From Saccostrea echinata (Eukaryota): 64,000 nt of DNA. Every line of letters starts with the position of its first letter. The first letter of the stretch is position 1. The notes under the pieces were generated by a model that did not search any database, had not been told where the DNA came from, and saw only the letters and a program-made list of their open reading frames with translations. Below are positions 50,156 to 63,021 of this stretch, one piece after another. The stretch lies in assembly GCF_033153115.1 (NCBI RefSeq), contig NW_026889760.1, forward strand, positions 3,100,001 through 3,164,000. The letters run 5' to 3'. The position numbers were made by a program, and so were the translations under genes.

Positions 50156-52438
50156 CTATATAGCAATCTTTCTCTCGCAAATAAATCTGGCCACAAAAGT
50201 ATCATAGGGTGCATCGTGATACTTCCCTTTATAAACACGCAAACAATTTTCATCCCTTCGTCGTTGTGGTTGGAATTCATCCCAGGGAAGAAAAGATATT
50301 GGGGATCCTTCAGAAAATACCCAGTCTCCTTTTCTGTAAATGTCATTTCCATCGATGAAGAACCATGTCAGTGTGGGATCTGTAGAAGAAATTTTGTATG
50401 CAAAATCACAAAATATTTATATATTTTATTTATTTCTAATTTTTTATCATATATATGTACGTGTACTATCGATATTGTTTAATACCAAAACGCTACGTAA
50501 CATACATAATTATCAAGGAAGCCTGCATATAACTACATTTAACATCAAAGAATTTCAAGGGTTAATTTTTCTTCAAAGTTTTTCTGTATCACATTGGCAT
50601 TTTAACTAGTAAACATTTGTTGAATGCGATTTTTATGTATAGAATTCTGTAACTTCGAGACTTCAAACACCTGGTAAGGGTTTTGACTCTACACTTTAAT
50701 AACGCCACTTAATCACGGGGTGGTTTAACATGATAAATATACTCCCTTACATCAAGTCAATATTCTATATTTAAAAGAAAATTAATGATCTCAAACTGCT
50801 GTTTTTGTCTCCTGTATTGAATATTTCTCATATTTTTTAAAATTACGTGTTTTCTTTTCTATTCAAAACTTTACACTTTATAGGTACGTAAAATTTCCAC
50901 ACAAATTACGTGTTTTCTTTTCTATTCAAAACTTTTCACTTTATAGATACGTAAAATTTCCACACAAATATGAAGTACACAGGTAAACGATATATTGAAA
51001 GAGCTATATCACAACAGCCCTCTTCTCTCTAAATTTATGAATATTCATTATGTGTCTGAGTTTCTGTAAAAAAGGTTTATGAAGGAGTTTGAATTAGAAA
51101 TGAAATAAAAAGAAACATATGATATAGGTGTATGTGTGTTTTTGCCCACAATATAAATTCCATTTTGTTTCTTGATTGCCATTAATGGAAATACATGACA
51201 CTTTTGCAATAGATTTTGATGTTAAATCTGTTTCTAAATTAAAAACCACTTAAAAAGCAATAAATCAAACATGATTCATTTTTGGTGTCATGTACTCTGA
51301 GCATAGAGTCTTTCAATCTAATATAGTAAGCAAAGTCAGATGAAACTCTCATTGACTTTATTTTGGATATAATTGTCGAAAATTCACATACATGTAGTAC
51401 AAATTAAACACAATGAGAGCTTTATGGTATTGTATGATTACATGTACCTGATCTCAATGCTAAATTTTGGATTTCATCCAGAACATCAGATGCTGTTATG
51501 CCAAAAAGCTTCCCACCATCAGAAAAACATGTGTTGTTCGCTTCCATCCATGACATATCTATGTGATAAAGCCACACACTTCCTCATGGATGTTAAACGG
51601 AGGAATCCAAAATCTTCACAGGATGCTTTTAATCAGATGGTATGATTAATATATATAGGCATTGTTTTATTGTTTCAAAGCTTTATTCTCTTAGAAATAC
51701 AGTATATATGTAAAATTTTGCTATTCCAAAAAAAAAAAAAAATTAAATACTTCGTATTGATTTCACTAAGCATAAACATTATAAATAGTTGAAAATTCAT
51801 TTTTTACTAGTGATTTACTGGTTTACCTTGTCTTTGATAAAGCTCCAACGCCCCAGATTTCATTTCATATCCATTGTCTATATTCAGGGAATAAAGCTGA
51901 CAAATACCATAAAGTGTATTTCTCATAAAGGAAAAACATGATGTAAATTGCAGGCATCTAACTGCGCAAACCTGATTTGTAAGAGTTGCTGCCTTCCATA
52001 GCAAAAACGGTTGTAATAAATATAATTCTGATGCATTTATTTTTACTTCACTAAAGTTGAATGACCGATGTCGCCCATAAGCACCACCTGTAAGACATTC
52101 AAGGATTATAACTTTATAGTTATCATTGTTAAGAGTAAATATATGTTACACTTCACTCGTGTAAGAAATGTGAGTGGTATGCTAGGTTAACTTCCACAGG
52201 TTTTTTTATCTTCTGTAAAATATATTTCGTTTACTGTGAAGCCATTTTCCTTTCCCCCAAACATTAAGTACATTATTTACTAACACTTTTATGAAGATTA
52301 ATATTTTCCATTGTTTTTATTACAGTGCTAATCTTATTTAAACCATTTCTTAACTAATTATCTTAAACATCAAGCAAGCTTACCATAAGTAAGAATACTA
52401 CTAGTATATACTGAACAGACTGCTACAACTCTTGTCAT
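50156..52438 (-). pseudogene. Secreted PAN/Apple + C-type lectin, copy A; frameshifted (or assembly error)
   Basis: Exons 52438-52384, 52087-51827, 51625-51448, 50379-50156. Exon 3 is 178 nt versus 180 in the paralog (2-nt loss in a TG run). The CTLD Cys after YHDAP is Tyr. Confidence 0.75.
50839..50968. repeat. ~63-bp direct tandem duplication in the lectin intron
   Basis: AAATTACGTGTTTTCTTTTCTATTCAAAACTTT...AAATTTCCACAC occurs twice. Confidence 0.8.
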
Positions 52439-54789
52439 GGTCGTGATCATTTTTCTATCGATGCATCCGGCCAATTCCGAGCCATTTTCCAACAGTCCTT
52501 AAAACCAATAGGGGATCTATATAAACACAACAATTCCATTTCCAGATATAAAATAAAACTATTTAATGTGTTTCAAACATTTTGAAGTGGTTTTTTCCAT
52601 TTGGGTATTTATTGTGCCCAAAAAAACTTGAAGAAAGGAATTTATGTGCATACACTATTCGTGATAATTATTGGTGCTGTAATATTGACATAAATAAATG
52701 CAGTAAATGGAATTTGTCGAATTTGATTTCAACATAAAATGCGTTTGTGCAGGAATACAGTACATCGTTCAATTCTCATTTCATTGTTCAAATCCTTATA
52801 CTTGATTACTCGAGCAATTTTTTACATGTAAGAATGTATAAAATGAATGAATTTTCATGTCATAATTGCAATGGGTTCAAATTTACAGAAACTCAGTTAT
52901 GCAAGTTCCTGGCAAACAATAGTAAAAACAGGCAATTTCCTTATCCCACGCACTGATGCAATTTTCACGCACGTTTGAACGAACGTTTGACGTTCATTTT
53001 TGTCGTTTGCAATGACATGTATCCAAAAAAATCAAGTTTTGCTCATTGTAGTGATGAAATAATTGTCATCCACATAGCGTTACATGACACATGCAATCTT
53101 GTCACACACGATTCCGATTATGATGTGTTCATTTAGAGGATACACATTCCTTTACATTATAATTATTCCACCAAATTATATGAAAATTTGACGTACACCG
53201 ATCTCCTAGTTCTTGTCTCATTCATGAATAGAAAATCATTTTAATTGTTGAAAATTTAACCTTAAGCAATACGATGTATATTTCAACAATAAATATTTTG
53301 GTACCAAATACGAATACTAATCATATAAATTCCTTCAATTTCACAATTTAATTTTTCTTGAACAGCTTTATTTAAAGTTAGAATAATTCTTGAAAATTGA
53401 TGATATAAAAAAAAATCGGATCGGGCATCTGAATACAAAATGATCTGTAGTTGTTATGTGTTGCGTAAGTGATTGCAGATATTGAATTCAACGAGTTGGA
53501 AAGTCTTTGCTAAAATATTTCACAAGTAAGATATTAATTTCATCATGTTCATGGATTTAAAAATACACCCTTTTCATTGAAAGTACTAGTGTAATGAACA
53601 TTTAACCTGTGTCAGAAACATGTTCGGAACATTTTATCATCTGATGTCTATTTTGCACTGTAAACCATTTTTATTTTCCTAGTAATTACTAGTACTACTG
53701 CTTATGGTCAACATCAATAGTTTGAAAGTGTCCTTAAACCTTTGCTAATAATGAGATCAAAATACTGAATTCTTAAAACATAAAATCATGGGTAATAAGT
53801 AGTTATCTACAGAGAAACTGTACATCTGCACCTCATTTAAACCATGAAACTCTCATATAGATAATTTTTTTCTTCCTTAACACCCCCTTAATCCTAATCC
53901 TATGATAAAGCATTCAAAATAAGACTAGTATTAAAGATAACCTTCCATTAGGAAGAATTATACATACTAAATAAATAGTCACTGTCTACATATCATGTCA
54001 ATAATGTTACGCATCATTCCAAGCTGTCGTCAACAAAGACAACGGGGTATCTCCATAAACACAACAATTCAATTCTAAGAAATATATACAATGTATTTCA
54101 AATAGTTTATGTGCTTTCTCTCATTTGTGTTTCCGTTGTATTAAAGAAAACTTAAGCTTGTAAAAAGGATGAAAACTATGGAACTATCCATTATAATATT
54201 GTGTTAGGTTAAACTGAAATAAATTAATGCTGTAAAGGAAGTTTAAAACTTATCTTTCACAATAAAATGTGTTTTGGACAAGTACGGTCATTCAATTTTC
54301 ATTTTATTTTATTGGATTACTAGCACAAGTTCTGAAAGAAGAATAAAATTCTTTTACAGAATTAAAAATCTGTAAATTTACATTGTGCTTATAAATCACA
54401 CTAAATCTCGAATGCACATTTTCTCTCTATAATTAATGATGCAACTTCCAATTAATGAAACAGTTACATGACTGTATATTTTTTGTAGAATGCATTCACT
54501 AGTTATACCAAATTTTGTCCACAAATAATGAAAATGAAACATAATATATGTATCATTAATTTATTCAATAAAATGTGGGATTCAGTGAATTTTCTTTGTA
54601 AATTGATAATTTTAAACATCATTCATATCGTGGTTATCCAAAGAATTCCATGGAAATTTACCAATTTCTGTCATAAATTGAAAAAAAAAAATCAATGGAA
54701 TAATTTGCGTACCTTTTTAACGAAGGTCAACTTGTGATGTATACATAAAATCAAATAATATGATTACAGTATTGAATATTTATATTAAC

Positions 54790-55690
54790 GTTTCACATAC
54801 CAGTCTCTGTAACGATATTTGGTATGCATCTCTTGGTTTTCATCTTTTAATAGTAGTGGGGCTAAACCTGCACACAGTACCTTTAGCAAGTTCCTGTGTT
54901 ATTAAATAGGCGCTTCCCAAACTGTTCACGTTGATGCAACTCTTCTTTTGCTTAGATGTTGTCTTGAAGCACAATGGTACTATATATGATATGAAGCATT
55001 ATTACAAATTGGGGAGTTTTCATTTTTTTCAGCGTCGAGATCTCTTTATTTGTCCCACTATCCGGATATTCCAAATATCCTTTTTATACCAAAAGATATG
55101 GTTGTTTACGTACAATTTATTGACATCGCACTTTTTGTATATGGTTTCCACTGATTGCTTTTTGCGAAGATCTATGTCTCTCCGAATCTAATGTCTGTAC
55201 GCTAGTTTGCACGAACGTTCGACGTCACGTTTTCTTGTATGAAACAGGGTCTACAAGTTTTATTCTGTACTTATTGCAGTTACATATGTAGTCTAGTATC
55301 ACACAGAAGCGATAAATTTGACGGTTTTATTAAAATGATACGAATTTTTAGATTGATTCACAGATTTTATAATGTTTGATGTGCCCTTTACTCCAACTTC
55401 AGACTCATTTAGCGACCACAGATCTATAGATTTTCCTACCAATTTTTGAAAGTTTGGCAGCAAATCACACTCTAGAGAATTTCAGCATATGTTTGGTGTA
55501 TTAAATCTATACAATTCAATTACTTACACATATAACTTCCTTCATTTATACAATATACATTTTCTGGAAAATATTCCTTTTATTGAAAATTTTGTTGGAG
55601 AAACTTAAGCAATAAAGAAAAAAGAATCTAATATACATATATCTGATTTTCCGAAACTCTTTTCTTTTAACGTCCACGTTAACATTTTAT
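54790..55690 (-). pseudogene. Decayed multi-exon gene relic of unknown family, copy 1
   Basis: Paralogous to 57910-58820. Shared splice-like junctions and peptides DVNKLYVNNHIF.YK.D and TI.LQDN..AKEELHQREQFGK, with synonymous differences and stops. Confidence 0.55.
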
Positions 55691-56625
55691 TGTGATTTAT
55701 TTTCATATGTGCCCTACTAAAACAAATAAAAGAGGATGAATACCACATATATTATCGTACTGAATACAACATCTCGTAATTGAGTGTAATTTATTCATAC
55801 AAAATGGTCTCTGTTTAACTTTTGGTACTGAGCTTGGCAAATGAAGAATTCAACTTGTTGATAGGGCTACTCTATACAAACCTATTGCAAAATAAAATAT
55901 ATATACATGTAAGATTTTTCTTTCCAGTAGAAGTTTGTGAAAAGTACTTGTACAGCTATGGGGAAGAAAAGATATTAATTTAATTTTTATTCAAAATAAC
56001 AAAGTTAAAATAACATCATTTGATACACTGTTACTTTAATCAAACATTTGAATATTAAAATGTTTTATTGTAAAGACAAATTTTATATTTAACACATCTG
56101 AAGAGATATGTTTCAACTCCACGCAGCCTGACACGTTATTTTTAACGATTGGTATCAAGAAACAATTAGTTCTGGTCAATTTGAACACAAGGCAGAATAT
56201 ATAAAAACTTATAATGATATATTTAACATACTAGAAATATTTGAATAAACATATAATATTGCAGCATACCGATCTGAAATATATATATATGGAAATATAT
56301 ATATATGGTCTTTTATATTAACTTAATACATATTTTGTCCATATCCAAATTGATTATACAGAAAGTGACAGAATATGTCGTTTTTAATAAGAGAGTCTAA
56401 ATTAAGGAATTTATACCGACGGAACATATTACTTTAACTATTGTTTGATATCAATATTTTTAAAGAATATTCTTACAACAAACATGCATACAAGGAAATA
56501 TTTGTATAAGTGTAAACCCACCTTGTTTTGACTAAAAACCGCTCTAAAAATATCATCTCAAATGATACTTTGCACAACATCCTCTACTTTTTACATATAA
56601 CTTAAAATACATGGACGTTGCAACT

Positions 56626-56915
56626 CTGGTGGTCAGGTAGGTTTGATTGCTGGTGACCAGGCAGCCCAGTTGGTAGAACACCTGAGTATTGATTCCAGAG
56701 GTCCGGGTTTGAATCATGGTCTGGTCCGGCGGGTTTTTTTATCAGTTATATTTGGTGCCGTGTCTTGCCATGGAAGTAATAGGTGAAAAACGTGCCAAGG
56801 AAGAGCTTGGATTGGTGTCTTCGGGGACAAAGACCTTTATAAAGAAAGGAGCTGTGTGACGATCAGGAAGGTAAAATCGCCGATGGCCAGATGGCTCAGT
56901 TGTAGATCACCTGTC
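56626..56915 (+). mobile_element. TRIM-like non-autonomous LTR element with a tRNA-like sequence inside its terminal repeats
   Basis: Repeat 1 has A-box CCCAGTTGGTAGA and B-box GGTTTGAATC. It is followed by a tRNA-His-like PBS TGGTGCCGTGTC (56753), a short internal part, a purine tract AAAGAAAGGAG, and a truncated repeat 2 (GGCCAGATGGCTCAGTTGTAGA). Confidence 0.6.
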
Positions 56916-57909
56916 CTGACAAGGTAAGGTGATTCGGGGGGGGGGGGGGGTCAAAATCCACGAAGTAAGTAAAAAATACCGGAAAAAAGAGAACATTTCA
57001 TTCAACAATTACAATGAAATGACCTAGATCATTGAAATATCGTATTGAGGCAAACTCATGCCACAATACTTATACAAGTTCAGCGAAACGTTCTTCATGA
57101 GATTCATTCATTGATTTTCCCCTAGTTATATGCTTGCTGTGTTTTCTATTTAGCTGAAATAATGATGAAAATATTAAAAGTCATTAATTGACGGAAAAGA
57201 GACAAATCAAATGAGATATACATGTAGCTACCCCCTTTCCTTCAAAAAGACAACTTGCTGAATGTGAAAATGTAAGATAAAACGGCTTTTAGGAAGACTT
57301 CACAGTATACGTATATAACTTCCTCCTTCTTTTATCCACAAAGTATTTAAAGATGACTATACAGGGTAGGAACATATTTTGAAAATACTGTAAACAAATA
57401 CAAAAATTTAACACGATTATTGGAAATTGCTCAAAAATTGAAGGTTCAACATATTCAGTGCTTTTATTCGACAAGGGTCGAGTTTTAATTTATCATTGAT
57501 AAGCAACAGTCTAGCTTCATGGAAAGAATCCCTTGCCTTTGATGAAGCTTTAATTAGTGTTCGATTGTATTTAAGATCCATTGTTTACACTTATCAACAT
57601 CATTTACACACACCAGATTGTCTACATTTCAATGATGAAAGACAAAATATTGATTCTAAAATCTGATTACAAAGGTTTGTTCTGATACAGATCTCAAATC
57701 TACAGCGGAAACAATTGTAATACAGGAAAATATTGATTTGTTATTTTTACTTCACTTAAAATGTGACTTCTCTCAAGCAAAGGCAACACCTCCACTAATC
57801 ATTTCACATAATTTTATGCAAACATAAAATAACATAAAATGATGTCTACAGATTTGAACATTTAATAGGTTATTTATGTTTTTTCTTTGTGGTAGTGGGT
57901 ATATGCACA

Positions 57910-58820
57910 TTTCACATACCAATCTCTGTAACGATAATGTGACATATGTAGAAGTTCTACGTTATTGTTATTCATCTCTTGGCTTAACCTGCACACAGTA
58001 CCTTTTAGCAAGTTTCTATGCTATTAGATAGGCACTTCCCAAACTGCTCACGCTGATGCAACTCTTCTTTAGCTAAGGTGTTGTCTTGAAGCATAATGGT
58101 ACTATAATATGAAGCTTTATTGCATATTAAAGATTTTTAAATTTTTTTTCAAGGTCTAATTCTTTTTATATGTCCCACTACCCGTGTATTGCTAGTATCC
58201 TCTTTATATTAAAATATATGATTGTTGACGTACAATTTATTGACATCGAACTGTTTTGGTCTCCGGTTGCTTTTTTCGAAGATGCATGCCTCTCAAAATC
58301 TGTTGTCTGTACGCTGGTCTGGATGAACGTTCAATGTCACATTTTGTCGTATGAAACTCAAAGTCTACAAATTTAATTTTGTATTTTCGTTATTTTAAAT
58401 TATTTGCTGGCCACTTGGAACTGTTGCATCTGCAGTGTGGTATCACACATATTAAAGTCGATAAATTTGACTCCTTCATGAAAATGATATGAATTTTTAT
58501 ATTAATTTGCAGTATTTATGAATATTTGAAATGCCCTGTTTTCCAAATTCCAGGTTAGTTTAGCGACTAGATTTTCATTCCAAGTTTTGAAAACTCGACA
58601 TCAATATAAAACTCTAGAGCAATTTACTAAGAAATAGTTGATTTACTAAATCTAATAAATTCAATTACTTATACATATTAGTTCATTTTTATACATTATA
58701 CATTTTCTGGAAAATTTTCTTTTAACTGAGAATTAATTTGGGAGAAACTTAAGTAATAAAGAAAAAAGAATCCGATATTTCTGATATTCCAAAACTCTTT
58801 CTTTTGGATGTCCACTTTGA
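57910..58820 (-). pseudogene. Decayed multi-exon gene relic of unknown family, copy 2
   Basis: Colinear similarity to 54790-55690 over ~900 bp, with in-frame stops. Confidence 0.55.
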
Positions 58821-59730
58821 TATTTTGATTTGTTGATGTATTGATTTACTTGTCAAAGGAAGTTCCATAAAAGATTAAAACAAAACCATCAAATTCTTCA
58901 TAAGTCTTAATATAATGAAGCTGTGAAGATGTTCCTGTATATTGTAAAACTAGTGTATTTAATATTCTGAAGTCATTTATTTATTTATTTTTTTTTCATC
59001 TATACAATGTTATACATGTTATACAAGTAAATACATTAATCAAATGTAAGATGTATACTCAAAACAGAACTTAACTTTCATGCAGCGTCACAAACTTTTC
59101 AGCAAAGCTAAACTAGCTTCATTGTTATATTGACAAATGACTAAAATCTTTACACTCAGAATATTACAAGAATCAAAAAAGAAATATTGATAATAATAAT
59201 AAATATATAATTTTGCAAATTGGCTCTTTCGGTTGTTAAGTCTCGTCCATAGTTTTCACTTTTGCATTAAAGAGTTGTCTCCAAATATTTTATAGACAAA
59301 TTTTACAAAGATTTAAACAAAAACAAACTATAAAATGAATAAATAAAAATAAAATAAAAACAAAATACATGTAATAAAAAATTCAAATGAAATTATTCAA
59401 CATTACAAAATTGAATGGTGGATCCTTATGAATAAAAATGGACATAAAATTCAACGAAAAAATGTTTTATTAACAGTAGGTGTGATATTTTTGACCTTTG
59501 AAAAAAAAAAAGAAAAACCCGAAGATAATTTTAAAAGAAGCCACTATAAAAAAAAAAAAAAATCAGTGTTTTCTGTCTACAAACGAACTTGAAAAATGGC
59601 CTTAAACTTGGCGGATAGAAGTAAAGATTTAAAGAAAGATCAAGAATTAAATATCATTACTGACGAACTTTTAATTCTCGGGTTAAGAAAACGCGCATTA
59701 AAAAAAAAGATATAAAATGCATTTATTTGG

Positions 59731-60423
59731 TTAGAATACTTGCAAAATCACAAAATTTCTTTCACATATAAATCCACTAAAATAGTTCTCGCATGGGGCA
59801 TCATGATATTTTCCATCTACAACAAGCAAGCAATTTTGAGCCGTTCCTCCCTGAGGCTGCTTGCTCTCCCAAGGCAAAAAAGAAATCGGAGATCCATCCA
59901 AATACATCCAGCTACTTTCTTGATCTTTGTCATTGCCGTCGATGAAAATCTCTGTAAATGGTAAGCTTTAGTGACATTTTCTATTGTAGCTTTAATGTTA
60001 CAGATTTTGGAATGGGAAAAAAATCTCGGATAATACTATTGGAAAAGTCGCTAATAAGCATTGTTTATTGATTATATTTTTAAGCACCAAACACACAGTA
60101 GGACATATCTGGTATTTCATTACCTCATAAATGATAAATGAATGGAGCCACAAATTCCAAACATAAATGATCATACATTTTTTTTTAATTTCACAATATA
60201 CGAAGTGCTTAAGTTTGTTTTTGTACCTATATATCAACACTGTAAATCTGTCAATAAATATTTATATAGCAATCGAATCATTATACGATATATAAATATA
60301 TCTGTGCTTCTTCATATAACAACAGTATTGTTATCTTTTATCATCTTATATATACCGGTATTCGATTTATTTTTAATTTTCATCTAATAAAGAAACTTTA
60401 ATTAAGAATTATTCCATTTTTTA

Positions 60424-60487
<64 letters not shown>

Positions 60488-61967
60488 AAATGGATTTTTT
60501 AATCTATTTTCTCTATCTCTCTGATTAACTAATAAAGATGTAAATAAAGCAATTACCCGGTAAACACGAGTTGAAAGTAAATCAATATTATTATGGAGGT
60601 CTTTCTGATGATTCTGAATTCAATTGTTCTTTGTTCATTATTTATTAAGATACATGACCATAGGAGAACATTAATGTAATAGTGAAAGGTCGAAAACTCA
60701 TTTAATACTGGATACTCTATTGCATATTATTTAAATGATTCTTTTTGCATTTTAATGAGTTATGAATTACATGTGGTAAAAATATAAATTTGTTTTTCTT
60801 TACTTTAATAAACAAATTATTGACAAAAACATATAAATGGATATATTTGCGTTTTGTTTTGTGTGTTAATTAGAAAAAAAAATCATTTTTAAAATTATTT
60901 ATTTAATTAGGGGGAGGGGGTTCAATAAGCTGTAATAAAGCTCTCAATAAATGAATAATACCATTGGATTCTAAATATTTCTGAAAGAATTTTCCAGACG
61001 TATGTGTATAAAAGCTAGTTACCAACGGCGGTTTTAATCTTTGAAATACATGTAGATACCTGTTGGTGATGTTAAACTCAAAACTTCTTCCAGTATTGCA
61101 GCTGTTGTGATGCCGAAAAGTTTTCCACCAGCAGAAACGCAGGTTCCGTTTGCCTCGATCCATGACAGCTCTTTCTGGTAAAGCTTCATACATTTCCTTG
61201 TGGTCTGTAAACTGGTGTATCCCAAATCTTCGCAAGATGCTTTAAATAACATGTAAAATATAATGAAAAAAAATGATATTCATTCGGAATTTACAATTCT
61301 GATGTATTCTGTAAATATGCTAAGTTTCCACAAGTTTCTTAAAATGGTCTTACCTTGCCTTTGGTAAATCCTCACTGTGCCGGATTTAAATCCAGATACA
61401 TTTTCAGTATTCACAGAATATAATTTACATCCAATCTGTTCATCACTAACGAAAGAAAGACAGAACATAATTTCCAAACATTGAATTGCACAGGCTATTT
61501 TTGAAAGTTTGGTTCCATTCTGCAGAAAAAATGGTTGCAATAAGGAAAATGTTGTACTGTTAACATGTTCACCTCTGAAATGGGATGATCCATCTAAACA
61601 TGTAACAATACCTATAAAAATTAATAAGTGAAAGACAATATTTAAGAATTGTCAAACCAATGAATAAGAAATATTGAAAAATGAATGTATTGTTACGGTC
61701 TTTCTCCTGATATCTACTTATCTCTAAAACAATTTCCTTTATCAACACTAGTTACAGATCTCTTTTCCTTTTGATAATAATTATATCAGATATGACATGT
61801 ACGTGCACAATTTACAAATTGTTTAACTTTCTCTTAATATTTTATATATAGATATGTCTTTAATATCATTTAATGTTTTTTAATTAAGTTAAAGGGATTT
61901 AGCCATGATATAAATATGACTCACCAACTGGTAGAACGCAAAATGTCAAAAACACAGCCCTCTTCAT
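59731..61967 (-). CDS. Secreted PAN/Apple + C-type lectin, copy B, 233 aa, intact
   Basis: Exons 61967-61925 (signal MKRAVFLTFCVLPV), 61611-61354 (CAIQC..C.SF...C.LY PAN-like), 61239-61060 (SWIEANGTC...GGKL), 59951-59731 (FIDGND, W...QPQ...NC...YHDAPC...FICE). All introns are phase 1; total 702 nt. Confidence 0.85.
60427..60485. repeat. (GA)n microsatellite, ~29 units
   Basis: Pure GA run. Confidence 0.98.
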
Positions 61968-62270
61968 TGCACAGAAACGAATAAACGTGAGACCTGCATA
62001 ACAATTCTCGTGATACCGAACTGCTTATAGGGTTCGTTCACTTCCCAATTGAAAAAATGATTTAATTAGTATAGTTATAGAAACCTTTCCAAGACCGTAT
62101 TGATTGAATTGTATGCCATAAATCTGAGAGGTTTCAGAAAGGAAACCTTGAAAATATGTAACTCTTTGGCAAACACATTGTTGAAATCATTTTTATATTA
62201 CACAATCGTATCTTAGTAAATAAAAAGAAGAGTTTTCGTTTGTGAAAGATAAGACCATCGATCATTTTAA

Positions 62271-63021
62271 GGGAGCCAACTGGGGTTAACGTTTTTTTTT
62301 GTGTGTGTAAAACAACAATAGAAACACTTTTTATTTTTATAACACGTGTAGCCTACACTGACCTCAGTGTACATGTAAAATTCTAAAGAAATTTATCGTC
62401 TAGGTATTTTAAGGACTACCTCAAAACACATTTATATTTAGATGTGCTATAGTATTGTACGGGGATGCTATTTTCGAATTTCAAGGCATATTGAAAAATA
62501 ATACTACAATAGACTCATTTCTCAAATTATAATATTTGTTGAGAAAAATTGTACAACATATCTAAGAAACACAGAATTCTAAATTCTGGTTTTCAGAGGG
62601 AACGCCTCAAAATGTCAAAAATTTACGAAATTTTCATGTTTTTATTGAGTACCACAAAACTCAACAGACACCAAGAATTAACACAGAAATTATAAGGAAA
62701 AAATAAATGATTGGGAGGCTTTTAAATTCGTGTGATTAAAATTTCAAGAGCGTATATTTTGTACTTTTTATAAAACTGTTTAAAACCCCTTCTTAAAGAA
62801 CTTTAAGTTGATCATAAAGTCGTAAACACACTACAACGACGTTCATCTACCTATTATTTGAAAAAAAGTTTAAAAATTCTTAAAAGGTGTGATTACATTT
62901 TTTACCTGTAATTTCTTATTTTTTTTAAATTTAATAAATTTTGTTGAAATAATTGTTTTAAAAGTGCAGATAAGCTTTATTCAGCGGAAAGTACTGTGCA
63001 ATGAAAACCCCAGTCGGCCCC
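62271..63021. mobile_element. Kolobok-like non-autonomous element
   Basis: TTAA|GGGAGCCAACTGGGG ... CCCCAGTCGGCCCC|CTAA. Confidence 0.55.

Noticed and set aside
50107-50609. ORF-track ORFs over the lectin last exon
   Set aside because: They are wrong frames or strand. The real CTLD frame lacks an ATG and is entered by splicing.
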